From: Macrostomum lignano
Lineage: Eukaryota
Direction: 5' to 3'
Assembly (NCBI GenBank): GCA_002269645.1
Contig: NIVC01000655.1
Span: forward strand, 372,001-436,000
Length of the DNA stretch: 64,000 bases
Both the position numbers and the translations under genes were made by a program. Each line of letters opens with the position of its first letter. Position 1 is the stretch's first letter. Positions 12,651-25,200 of the stretch are shown piece by piece. The notes beneath the pieces were generated by a model. That model saw only the letters and a list, made by a program, of their open reading frames with translations. It was not told the DNA's origin and ran no database searches.

Positions 12651-13380
12651 CACCCAACTGTTCTTCAGATTGCTGCTACACCCTCCCTGACTGTCCTTCA
12701 GATTGCTGCTACACCCTCCCTGACTGTCCTTCAGATTGCTGCTACACCCTCCCTGACTGTTCTTCAGATTGCTGCTACACCCTCCCTGACTGTCCTTCAG
12801 ATTGCTGCTACACCCTCCCTGACTGTCCTTCAGATTGCTGCTACACCCTTCCTGACTGTCCTTCAGATTGCTGCTACACCCTTCCTGACTGTCCTTCAGA
12901 TTGCTGCTACACCCTTCCTGACTGTCCTTCAGATTGCTGCTACACCCTCCCTGGCTGTCCTTCAGATTGCTGCTACACCCTCCCTGACTGTCCTTCAGAT
13001 TGCTGCTACACCCTCCCTGACTGTCCTTCAGATTGCTGCTACACCCTCCCTGACTGTCCTTCAGATTGCTGCTACACCCTTCCTGACTGTCCTTCAGATT
13101 GCTGCTACACCCTCCCTGACTGTCCTTCAGATTGCTGCTACACCCTCCCTGACTGTCCTTCAGATTGCTGCTACACCCTCCCTGACTGTCCTTCAGATTG
13201 CTGCTACACCCTCCCTGACTGTCCTTCAGATTGCTGCTACACCCTCCCTGACTGTCCTTCAGATTGCTGCTACACCCTCCCTGACTGTCCTTCAGATTGC
13301 TGCTACACCCTCCCTGACTGTCCTTCAGATTGCTGCTACACCCTCCCTGACTGTCCTTCAGATTGCTGCTACACCCTTCA
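12651..13380. repeat. 33-bp minisatellite, about 22 near-identical copies
   Basis: Unit cttcagattgctgctacaccctccctgactgtc; gives the spurious VLQIAATPSLT ORF. Confidence 0.95.
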
Positions 13381-13503
13381 GTTTCACCAGATCATTGCTT
13401 TCTTCAGTAAGGCTAAATTAAAAACACTGAACTGAAAACCTACCAATTTAACTAAACTTTCATGCCTTACTAATTGCACCGGATACAATCAGCTAGTCAG
13501 CAA

Positions 13504-13785
13504 ATGACCAATCAATCAGTTTTCGATCGGGTGCCAAACTGTGTCGGCGCGCTAATCTGCGGCCCAGACGGCAACGTGCTGCAAAGCCAGGGCCAATTGA
13601 ACAACCGGGAGGACCTGGCCAAACTGGTGCTGGGCCTGCTGTACCGCGCCGAGTACCTTCTGCAGCAGAGCGGCAACTCCGGCTGCTTTCAATCCGTTAC
13701 TGTCCACTGCGATGACGGGTTCCATTACGTCATCACCTGTCAGCATGATAAGATCTATGTTGTTAAGAAGAGTAATAGCGCCTGA
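13504..13785 (+). CDS. LAMTOR4: Ragulator complex subunit LAMTOR4 (single coding exon)
   Basis: MTNQSVFDRVPNCVGALICGPDGNVLQSQGQLNN...FQSVTV...KIYVVKKSN aligns by eye with recalled LAMTOR4 (LERIPDQLGYLVL..GAVLASSGDLEN...FKRLSV...RVFVVKRQN); 93 aa; first ATG at 13504. Confidence 0.8.
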   Translation: MTNQSVFDRVPNCVGALICGPDGNVLQSQGQLNNREDLAKLVLGLLYRAEYLLQQSGNSGCFQSVTVHCDDGFHYVITCQHDKIYVVKKSNSA

Positions 13786-16206
13786 ATGCCTTTTCAAGTC
13801 AACAAACCTTTTGAGAGAATAAAATTTATTGTTAATAATCATCAGTCTCACAGACCGAAAATGAGATTTACGAGAGTAAGTTCGGGTGCAGCAGTAAATA
13901 TTAATTAACTGGTTTCTATACGCCTCTACGAGTACGTGTAGAGTTTTGTTAAAACTTTACATTTTTAAATGTCTATTCCGGCTTTACTTCTTTTGATGGA
14001 GAGGTTCGTCGTTATTCTATTGTCTAGCGAATTTTGCATTAAAATATTATCGATCTTTACTAGATCATGCGCTTCTTTTAAACCTGTGCCATATAATCTA
14101 ACAGAGCATCATATATCACAGTAATTCTATTGCCTATCCCGTGATTGTTTTGCGTGATTATCAACTGTCTCCAATTTGCATATTAACAAGTTTCGATTAA
14201 TAATTCATAAATATCAAAGTAATGTATTCTGTAAGTCATGCAGTATTTTAAAATAATTATAAACTGTTTCAAATTCGTAATAGCTAGTATTTTGTGATTG
14301 TTGTACATAAAATACATCATATGAGAAGGCCTAGTTTCTGCCAATCACACTGAGACAATGTACTAACAAAATTTCATAGTGCAATGCAATTTTAAAACTT
14401 TTGTTTAATTATTTTTCTATTTGTCAATAATGATTTATGAAATCACTCAGTTACTTTGCGTTTGCACTTTGAACTATGTTATTCGAGGTACCGAGGCGCT
14501 GACTCTAGGTTGGGAGAAGTTTGAGTGAGAAGTTATGAAGATAGATATGCTACTATTGTTATGTGTATTGAACTTAATTTCTTCGATTGTCTTAAAAGGT
14601 CAGACTGAAATAATTGGTTTCTGCAAGATTAACCTTAATTCCAATACAAATACCAAAGTCAAATATACCTATGTGGACCAACAGTTGCAGCGTAATTGAG
14701 CGAAAATAGAATATAAATCGAAAGGTGGCATCAGTTTTCTAAATATATGTTCTTTCAGGAATATTCGAAAACTAAAACAGCTGGTCTATTTTACTTTTAC
14801 TGAAGAAAGCTAAAATTTAATGATATTTCTAACAAAGTATTAGTTTTAAATTAAAAAGCGCACCACTATTTTGCATCGTTTTCCTAGAAGGACATAAAGT
14901 CTAGTAGTCGCCAAAAAAGTGAATGATGTCAAATTCTGGTCCGATAACAATAAACGAAGAGTAACTGTTTAGGGAAAGCCCAACTGCACAATAGTTATTG
15001 CAACTTTTTCAATTTTGGTTTTTTCATGATGCTGGACTGCCGGTGTTTATTATTAACAAAAGTTGTTGGAATAAGTATGTTAAGTAAGGTAGGCCTAGCC
15101 CTAGCTTACTTTTTTATGCTTTTTGAACTTTGAAGTTAAAAGAAACATTAGTTTACATGTTTATGAAACTATCGCATCTTTTTTTAATCAATTTCTTTAT
15201 CAATAACACAATAACATGGTGTCATAGAGATCAGCTGAGCATTAATTAAATTTATAAATGTGAATTCATGTGAAATCTAATCTATATTTTATTAATTAAT
15301 GTAATAATGTAAATTTATATCATTGTTTGTATAGTTTCAATATTTGACAAAATTATATTACATTTGATTTAGTTAGAATATATTAAATTAAGTTTTATAA
15401 AGTTCAAGCAACAAGCAAGTAGATTTTGCCATTTTAAGTTAAGTTCTAATGACCAATTAGAGTTTTAACTAGGGCCTAGGTGAACTATAAATAGTTTCCA
15501 AATAGCAAAAATTAAATATATACCAATATTTATTGCCAAAACTGGCTGTGGGGTACCTATTTTTTTAAACATAGTTAATTTTATATTATTTAAAAACTGA
15601 GCAGGTTTGTATCCAGAAAATTTTGAATGGGAGATGCAGTATGCAGATTACTAAGGTGCATGTATATGTATATCATGTATATTTATATGTACACAATAAT
15701 GACAAATGTGTATATACCATATAAAAAAATAATAAAAGTCTAACTCTAAGGGGGGTGCCCTGTGTAACTGCCACCTAAATCTGCCACTAAAACTGATTAA
15801 TAGGCTTTTATTATATAAAAGAGTTATCTAACCTATAGCTAAGCCATATTGTGGAAGGTGTAGTATATGCTAGAAAATTCTGGCATACAAACGCTTTAGC
15901 TAGCGTACATCTGGCATACAAATGCTTTAACTAATGTACATATTGGTGTACAAGGAGGAAAAAGGAAAAACAACTTTTTAGCACAATTATTGGCTTACAA
16001 TTTTTAACAATACATGCTCAAGCTTGCGGTGCGGCGTACAAAAGCATTGAAGTATGTGTCATCATTGTGTAAATTACGCTAAGCAATCCTTTGTTGTAAT
16101 AGAAGTTAATTTCAGTTTTAAGACAATGGATTAATTTTTAAAATAATAAATCTAATTTTTCTACAATAACTCGTAAAAACTATATCTAAAACAATAGTAT
16201 ACATAA

Positions 16207-16778
16207 CGCCAGGTACAGGGGGGGGGGCAGCTACAGAGGGGGTGCCAGCTACAGAGGAGGCACCAGCTACAGAGGAGGCACTAGCTGTAGAGGAGGCGCC
16301 AGGTACAGGGGGGGCAGCTACAGAGGGGGCGCCAGCTACAGATTGGGGCACCAGCTACAGAGGAGGCGCCAGCTACAGAGGAGGCGCCAGCTACAGGGGG
16401 GGCGCCAGCTACAGAGGAGGCGCCAGCTACAGAGGAGGCGCCAGCTACAGAGGAGGCGCCAGCTACAGAGGAGGCGCCAGCTACAGAGGAGGCGCCAGCT
16501 ACAGGGGGGGGGCGCCAGCTACAGAGGAGGCGCCAGCGACAGGGGGGCGCCAGCTACAGAGGAGGCGCCAGCTACAGAGGGGGCGCCAGCTACAGGGGGG
16601 CGCCAGCTACAGAGGAGGCGCCAGCTACAGAGGAGGCGCCAGCTACAGAGGAGGCGCCAGCTACAGGGGGGGCGCCAGCTACAGAGGAGGCCCCAGCTAC
16701 AGGGGGGGGGGGCGCCAGCTACAGAGGAGGCGCCAGCTACAGGGGGGGGGGGCGCCAGCTACAGAGGAGGCGCCAGTT
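16207..16778. repeat. G-rich 18-bp minisatellite (ggcgccagctacagagga) with poly-G variants
   Basis: About 30 tandem copies; source of the YRGGAS/ATEEAP ORFs. Confidence 0.9.
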
Positions 16779-17634
16779 AGAATTTTCCAAACTGCTGCTG
16801 GAAGCTGACTGCAAGAAGCTGACTAAACTTGCTGGAGACTATCTTTAAGAAGATATTTACGAGCGTAAGAAGGAAACTCGATCCCATTTACAAAATGCGT
16901 ACATGACTGGCAATTCTAGTGCGTACCAGTTACCTTGGGAAATTTCCCCACTTGTACACGCAGAAATCTGCTTTCAATTCAACTTCTTCAGCTGAACTGA
17001 ACTCACACGACTCACCCGCCTCATGTCGGCCCCTCTGCTGCCTGCTCACTTGCTAGTTTCTATGCTCGGTAACTATACAGACAGTTTGATATTAATGCCC
17101 TGCTGAAGTGGAGGGGTGGGGGGTAGAACTAACAGCTTAGAAACAACAATAAGCAATTGGGGAACAGATATAGCTCTCTCTCTCTCTCTCTTTCTGTGTC
17201 TGCTGGCTACCAGCTATAGTGTAGGCAGTGTTGGACATTTCTTTATTTTTTGAGCAGCTAATCGATATACGAACGAAACTAAATGCCCAGGCTCTATATA
17301 GACTGTCGTCGAAAGATTGTAGTTTATAACGCAAAGTCGACGGAAGAAAGCTATATCGTAGAAATCATTTTGTGCACGCTTAAGCTATTTCTGGAATCTT
17401 CTATCTGAATAATTAATTCGCTTTTTCGATGTCAACGCTGTGGCTGTTGTTTGACGATGAAGGCGGCAGTACTCAGTTGGTGTACAAGAAGGGCCCGACT
17501 CAGGGCTGCGCTATGCTGCAATGCGCGAGGTTTGTGCACTAATCTTTCACTGGCGTGTTGGTTTTATTTCTGGTTTGGTCAAAAATATCACTGAGTTGCT
17601 TTGGCTCATGTCTCTGTTTGATGTTTCAGCTCTT

Positions 17635-18625
17635 CCTGATCTCTCCTCACTGTCACTCTGATCCCCTCACTGTCACTCTCTGATCCCCTCACTGTCACTC
17701 TCTGATCCCCTCACTTTCACTCTCTGATCCCCTCACTGTCACTCTGATCCTCTCACTGCCACTCTCTAATCCCCTCACTTTCACTCTCTGATCCCCTCAC
17801 TGTCACTCTGATCCTCTCACTGCCACTCTCTGATCCCCTCACTGTCACTCTCTGATCCCCTCACTGTCACTCTCTGATCCCCTCACTTTCACTCTCTGAT
17901 CCCCTCACTGTCACTCTGATCCTCTCACTGCCACTCTCTGATCCCCTCACTGTCACTCTCTGATCCCCTCACTGTCACTCTCTGATCCCCTCACTGTCAC
18001 TCTCTGATCCCCTCACTGTCACTCTCTGATCCCCTCACTGCCACTCTCTGATCCCCTCACTGTCACTCTCTGATCCCCTCACTGCCACTCTCTGATCCCC
18101 TCACTGTCACTCTCTGATCCCCTCACTGCCACTCTCTGATTCCCTCACTGTCACTCTCTGATCCCCTCACTGTCACTCTCTGATCCCCTCACTGTCACTC
18201 TCTGATCCCTTCACTGTCACTGTCTGATCCCCTCACTGCCACTCTCTGATCCCCTCACTGCCACTCTGATCCCCTCACTGTCACTCTCTGATCTCTCCTC
18301 ACTGTCACTCTCTGATCCCCTCACTGTCACTCTCTGATCCCCTCACTGTCACTCTCTGATCCCCTCACTGCCACTCTCTCTGATCCCCTCACTGTCACTC
18401 TCTCTGATCCCCTCACTGCCACTCTCTCTGATCCCCTCACTGTCACTCTCTGATCCCCTCACTGCCACTCTCTGATCCCCTCACTGTCACTCTCTGATCC
18501 CCTCACTGCCACTCTCTCTGATCCCCTCACTGTCACTCTCTGATCCCCTCACTGCCACTCTCTGATCCCCTCACTGTCACTCTCTGATCCCTTCACTGCC
18601 ACTGATATCTTACTGTCACTCTTTC
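17635..18625. repeat. About 22-bp pyrimidine-rich minisatellite (tctctgatcccctcactgtcac)
   Basis: About 45 tandem copies with 20- and 24-bp variants. Confidence 0.95.
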
Positions 18626-20008
18626 AAATTGTCAGTAAAAGTACATGACCCTAGACTATTAGACAATCTCAATTGTTTCCCAGACACAACTGTTACTCGT
18701 CGAGTTGAAGTCAATATTCAATCTATCTTACAAGCATATTCTCAGTCCCCACCCAAATTAAAACCGGAATTTTTCTGTATTTTATTATCTTACTGTCAAT
18801 TTATAATATGCTGTAGTTTGTGTGTGTTGGAATGTATTTCATTCTAAAGTCTAAGCTAATAGTCGCTCAATAGCTATAAGCTACAATTCAGACTTTCCCG
18901 CTCTTTGCTGACTTCACTGGCAGACTTATAGCAACTGCACATTTGTTTGCTGTGTGTGTTTTTGTTATCAGAAAACTTTGCTCCGATTTCCAACTCCAAG
19001 ACAGGTTTTTAAACACTGGGTCGTGTGTTTGTTTACTATGTGTATAGTAATGCCATAAGAGTTTTGCTTCATATAGCTCTGCTGCCTGTTATTCGATGCC
19101 CCCTCAGCGTGAGAAGAAAAAAAATTTCGCCTTTTGCAAGACTGCTTGTCTTTATTAGTCGCTTGTGCAGTTAATAATTTCCCATGGATTAGTGGCTGTA
19201 ATTAATACTTATAAATGAATGCGTGGTGTTATTGAGACTGTGGGAAATTTAGATGCTTGTAAAGCAGAGGTCGGCAAACTCCGGCCCGCGAAGCCTGTCT
19301 ATCCGGTTCTCGGGTCCTTTGAAACAACAGCAATCCGGCCCTCTTAGTTTGAGTCTCTTTTTTTTCTCCCCTCCTCTCCTCCCCCTTCTCTCATTTCTTC
19401 TCTCCTATCTCATCTTCCCTCTACGCTAGTCTACTTTTCTCTTCTATATTCCTTCTCCTCTCTCTCTCTTCTCATCTGGCTCGCAGTAATGCGCTAGGTT
19501 CTCTACATTAGCCAGCGCCAACTGAAAAGTAGATGGCCGCTTTAGGCTGGAATTCCGAGAAAGTCAAAAATTGGTGCGGGGCGGGGGGAGGGGGGTAGTG
19601 TGGAAAGGCGCGGTTGGAGGTTTAAGTGGGTTTAAGAGCCAGTAAATGAGCCTTGGTTTTAAAAATACATTAAAATGCTTCCGTTTAACTTGCTACTGAA
19701 TTTTAAGTAGCTTACACGCAAATGTACTGAGTAGCCCATCTAGTTATTCTAGGTTGAGGTGTACAAAACTCTATAATTTTCCATTTAAGGAAAAAAATCA
19801 TTTTGGAAGATTAAGGTTTTTTCGTTTAAATTACTGTCAGTTAATAATTTTACGATACATATCGGCTCCGGTACAAAATAGAGCCCCTTTGTACTAACGA
19901 TAATATTATGTAAGTCCAGAATATTCTCGCGCTAGCATATCTGATAATCTGCTAATAAAAGTACAATCAACCGATAATTACAGCGAAGATCGTCGCCAAG
20001 GAGTTGAA

Positions 20009-20180
20009 ATGCTGGCCCAGCAGGCAATTAACGTGCATTCAACATCGCAGATGACTGACAATTTGAGTCGGCACGAGATACTCAATTGGATTAACGACTG
20101 CTTGCAGATTAACTTGGCCAAGATTGAAGAGTTAGCTTCGGGCGCCGTGTACTGTCAGCTTATGGATGTACTTTTTCCAG
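20009..20180 (+). CDS. MAPRE1: EB1/MAPRE microtubule end-binding protein, exon 1 (CH domain start)
   Basis: [25 protein letters not shown]...[20 protein letters not shown] is the EB1 N-terminus; donor ccag|gtgagt, phase 1. Confidence 0.95.
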
Positions 20181-20204
20181 GTGAGTGTCCTGACTGTTAG
20201 CTGG

Positions 20205-21893
20205 GACTGAAAGTGACTGAGAATCAGGATAGCTGTGACTGAAAGTGACTGAGGTTCATGGCAGCTGTGACTGAAAGTGACTGAGGTTCATGACTGAAAG
20301 TGACGAGGGTCATGGCAGCTGTGACTGAAAGTGACTGAGGTTCATGACTGAAAGTGACGAGGGTCATGGCAGCTGTGACTGAAAGTGACTGAGGTTCATG
20401 ACTGAAAGTGACGAGGGTCATGATAGCTGTGACTGAAAGTGACTGAGGTTCATGGCAGCTGTGACTGAAAGTGACTGAGGTTCATGACTGAAAGTGACGA
20501 GGGTCATGGCAGCTGTGACTGAAAGTGACTGAGGTTCATGACTGAAAGTGACGAGGGTCATGGCAGCTGTGACTGAAAGTGACTGAGGTTCATGACTGAA
20601 AGTGACGAGGGTCATGGCAGCTGTGACTGAAAGTGACTGAGGTTCATGACTGAAAGTGACGAGGGTCATGATAGCTGTGACTGAAAGTGACTGCGGTTCA
20701 TGACTGAAAGTGACGAGGGTCATGATAGCTGTGACTGAAAGTGACTGCGGTTCATGACTGAAAGTGACTGCGGTTCATGACTGAAAGTGACGAGGGTCAT
20801 GATAGCTGTGACTGAAAGTGACTGCGGTTCGTGACTGAAAGTGACTGGGGTTCATGACTGAAAGTGACTGCGGTTCATGACTGAAAGTGACTGCGGTTCA
20901 TGACTGAAAGTGACGAGGGTCATGGCAGCTGTGACTGAAAGTGACTGAGGTTCATGACTGAAAGTGACGAGGGTCATGGCAGCTGTGACTGAAAGTGACT
21001 GAGGTTCATGACTGAAAGTGACTGCGGTTCATGACTGAAAGTGACTGCGGTTCATGACTGAAAGTGACGAGGGTCATGATAGCTGTGACTGAAAGTGACT
21101 GCGGTTCGTGACTGAAAGTGACTGGGGTTCATGACTGAAAGTGACTGCGGTTCATGACTGAAAGTGAATGCGGTTCATGACTGAAAGTGACTGAGGTTCG
21201 TGACTGAAAGTGACTGGGGTTCATGACTGAAAGTGACGAGGGTCATGGCAGCTGTGACTGAAAGTGACTGAGGTTCATGACTTAAAGTGACTGCGGTTCA
21301 TGACTGAAAGTGACTGCGGTTCATGACTGAAAGTGACTGCGGTTCATGACTGAAAGTGACTGAGGTTCGTGACTGAAAGTGACTGAGGTTCATGACTGAA
21401 AGTGACTGAGGTTCATGACTGAAAGTGACTGGGGTTCATGACTGAAAGTGACTGCGGTTCATGACTGAAAGTGACTGCGGTTCATGACTGAAAGTGACTG
21501 AGGTTCGTGACTGAAAGTGACTGGGGTTCATGACTGAAAGTGACGAGGGTCATGGCAGCTGTGACTGAAAGTGACTGAGGTTCATGACTTAAAGTGACTG
21601 CGGTTCATGACTGAAAGTGACTGCGGTTCATGACTGAAAGTGACTGCGGTTCATGACTGAAAGTGACTGAGGTTCGTGACTGAAAGTGACTGAGGTTCAT
21701 GACTGAAAGTGACTGAGGTTCGTGACTGAAAGTGACTGAGGTTCATGACTGAAAGTGACTGAGGTTCATGACTGAAAGTGACTGCGGTTCATGACTGAAA
21801 GTGACTGAGGTTCGTGACTGAAAGTGACTGAGGTTCATGACTGAAAGTGACTGAGGTTCATGACTGAAAGTGACTGAGGGTCATGATAGCTGT
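20205..21893. repeat. Two-module (23-bp and 31-bp) minisatellite in EB1 intron 1
   Basis: gactgaaagtgactgaggttcat and gactgaaagtgacgagggtcatggcagctgt occur as 54-bp dimers early and mostly as 23-bp monomers later. Confidence 0.95.
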
Positions 21894-22242
21894 AAATTTA
21901 CTGCACTCTGTCTTCAGCTGTTGACTGCAATTGTAGTGCAAGTTTTGGCTCTGTTTAAAAAGCAGATTTTAATTTTGCTTGTTTGCTTTGTAAAACGTAT
22001 TTATTTATTTCTATTACCTGCAGTTTCTTGTGTTGTGGAAATATTAAAATGTGCCATCGTAAAAAGGTATTTTTTGAAAATTGAAGGTAAACTCTTCTTT
22101 TTAAATTGACTAATGTTAAAAGTGTGTTTTATTCCTTCTCTGACTTCTTTAAGCTGTGACTCTGTGTACATGTGTTACTGTTTAACCCAGTAAATAGCAT
22201 TGAGTAGAATTTTATTTTTTCTATCATTCTATTTCGTTTAGT

Positions 22243-25200
22243 GAGCTTCAGGTTCCATCTGAATATTTCATCTCTTCAGGCAATGATTTTCAGGGTCTAT
22301 CTATCTGAATATTTCATCTCTTCAGGCGGTGAGCTTCAGGGTCTTATCTGAATCTTTCATCCCTTCAGGCAATGAGCTTCAGGGTCTTATCTGAATCTTT
22401 CATCCCTTCAGGCAATGAGCTTCAGGGTCTATCTGAATATTTCATCTCTTTAGGCAGTGAGCTTCAGTGTCTATCTGAATCTTTCATCCCTTCAGGCAAT
22501 GAGCTTCAGGGTCTATCTGAATCTTTCATCCCTTCAGGCAATGAGCTTCAGTATCTATCTGAATCTTTCATCCCTTCAGGCAATGAGCTTCAGGATCTAT
22601 CTGAATCTTTCATCCCTTCAGGCAATGAGCTTCAGGGTCTTATCTGAATCTTTCATCTCTTCAGTCAGTGAGCTTCAAGGTCTATCTGAATCTTTCATCT
22701 CTTCAGGCAGTGAGCTTCAGGGTCTATCTGAATCTTTCATCCCTTCAGGCAATGAGCTTCAGGGTCTATCTGAATATTTCATCTCTTTAGGCAGTGAGCT
22801 TCAGGTTCCATCTGAATCTTTCATCTCTTCAGGCAATGATTTTCAGGGTCTATCTATCTGAATATTTCATCTCTTCAGGCGGTGAGCTTCAGGGTCTTAT
22901 CTGAATCTTTCATCCCTTCAGGCAATGAGCTTCAGGGTCTTATCTGAATCTTTCATCCCTTCAGGCAATGAGCTTCAGGGTCTATCTGAATATTTCATCT
23001 CTTTAGGCAGTGAGCTTCAGTGTCTATCTGAATCTTTCATCCCTTCAGGCAATGAGCTTCAGGGTCTTATCTGAATCTTTCATCTCTTCAGTCAGTGAGC
23101 TTCAAGGTCTATCTGAATCTTTCATCTCTTCAGGCAGTGAGCTTCAGGGTCTATCTGAATATTTCATCTCTTCAGGCAGTGAGCTTCAGTGTCTATCTGA
23201 ATCTTTCATCCCTTCAGGCAATGAGCTTCAGGGTCTATCTGAATCTTTCATCTCTTCAGGCAGTGAGCTTCAGGGTCTATCTGAATATTTCATCTCTTCA
23301 GGCGGTGAGCTTCAGGGTCTTATCTGAATCTTTCATCCCTTCAGGCAATGAGCTTCAGGGTCTTATCTGAATCTTTCATCCCTTCAGGCAATGAGTTTCA
23401 GGGTCTATCTGAATATTTCATCTCTTTAGGCAGTGAGCTTCAGTGTCTATCTGAATCTTTCATCCCTTCAGGCAATGAGCTTCAGGGTCTATCTGAATCT
23501 TTCATCCCTTCAGGCAATGAGCTTCAGTATCTATCTGAATCTTTCATCCCTTCAGGCAATGAGCTTCAGGGTCTTATCTGAATCTTTCATCTCTTCAGTC
23601 AGTGAGCTTCAAGGTCTATCTGAATCTTTCATCTCTTCAGTCAGTGAGCTTCAAGGTCTATCTGAATCTTTCATCTCTTCAGGCAGTGAGCTTCAGGGTC
23701 TATCTGAATCTTTCATCTCTTCAGGCAGTGAGCTTCAGGGTCTTATCTGAATCTTTCATCTCTTCAGGCAGTGAGCTTCAGGGTCTATCTGAATCTTTCA
23801 TCTCTTCAGGCAGTGAGCTTCAGGGTCTATCTGAATCTTTCATCCCTTCAGGCAATGAGCTTCAGTATCTATCTGAATCTTTCATCCCTTCAGGCAATGA
23901 GCTTCAGGATCTATCTGAATCTTTCATCCCTTCAGGCAATGAGCTTCAGGGTCTATCTGAATCTTTCATCTCTTCAGGCAGTGAGCTTCAGGGTCTATCT
24001 GAATCTTTCATCTCTTCAGGCAGTGAGCTTCAGGGTCTATCTGAATCTTTCATCCCTTCAGGCAATGAGCTTCAGGGTCTATCTGAATATTTCATCTCTT
24101 TAGGCAGTGAGCTTCAGGTTCCATCTGAATCTTTCATCTCTTCAGGCAATGATTTTCAGGGTCTATCTATCTGAATATTTCATCTCTTCAGGCGGTGAGC
24201 TTCAGGGTCTTATCTGAATCTTTCATCCCTTCAGGCAATGAGCTTCAGGGTCTTATCTGAATCTTTCATCCCTTCAGGCAATGAGCTTCAGGGTCTATCT
24301 GAATATTTCATCTCTTTAGGCAGTGAGCTTCAGTGTCTATCTGAATCTTTCATCCCTTCAGGCAATGAGCTTCAGGGTCTTATCTGAATCTTTCATCTCT
24401 TCAGTCAGTGAGCTTCAAGGTCTATCTGAATCTTTCATCTCTTCAGGCAGTGAGCTTCAGGGTCTATCTGAATATTTCATCTCTTCAGGCAGTGAGCTTC
24501 AGTGTCTATCTGAATCTTTCATCCCTTCAGGCAATGAGCTTCAGGGTCTATCTGAATCTTTCATCTCTTCAGGCAGTGAGCTTCAGGGTCTATCTGAATA
24601 TTTCATCTCTTCAGGCGGTGAGCTTCAGGGTCTTATCTGAATCTTTCATCCCTTCAGGCAATGAGCTTCAGGGTCTTATCTGAATCTTTCATCCCTTCAG
24701 GCAATGAGTTTCAGGGTCTATCTGAATATTTCATCTCTTTAGGCAGTGAGCTTCAGTGTCTATCTGAATCTTTCATCCCTTCAGGCAATGAGCTTCAGGG
24801 TCTATCTGAATCTTTCATCCCTTCAGGCAATGAGCTTCAGTATCTATCTGAATCTTTCATCCCTTCAGGCAATGAGCTTCAGGGTCTTATCTGAATCTTT
24901 CATCTCTTCAGTCAGTGAGCTTCAAGGTCTATCTGAATCTTTCATCTCTTCAGTCAGTGAGCTTCAAGGTCTATCTGAATCTTTCATCTCTTCAGGCAGT
25001 GAGCTTCAGGGTCTATCTGAATCTTTCATCTCTTCAGGCAGTGAGCTTCAGGGTCTTATCTGAATCTTTCATCTCTTCAGGCAGTGAGCTTCAGGGTCTA
25101 TCTGAATCTTTCATCTCTTCAGGCAGTGAGCTTCAGGGTCTATCTGAATCTTTCATCTCTTCAGGCAGTGAGCTTCAGGGTCTATCTGAATCTTTCATCT

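Noticed and set aside
12642-13421. 259-aa ORF of VLQIAATPSLT repeats
   Set aside because: Pure 33-bp minisatellite with no ATG start or domain; open only because the unit lacks a stop in that frame.
16242-16808. YRGGAS/RGG-like repetitive protein
   Set aside because: Arises from an 18-bp G-rich array with frame-breaking poly-G length variation; no ATG or splice context.
17429-17530. Short ATG-initiated exon-like segment (MSTLWLLFDDEGG...) with a possible donor
   Set aside because: No recognisable homology and no downstream exon could be linked.
19265-19560. hAT-like element starting cagaggtcggcaaac..cggcccgc
   Set aside because: Only a 5' TIR-like end is visible; I found no matching 3' TIR or TSD.
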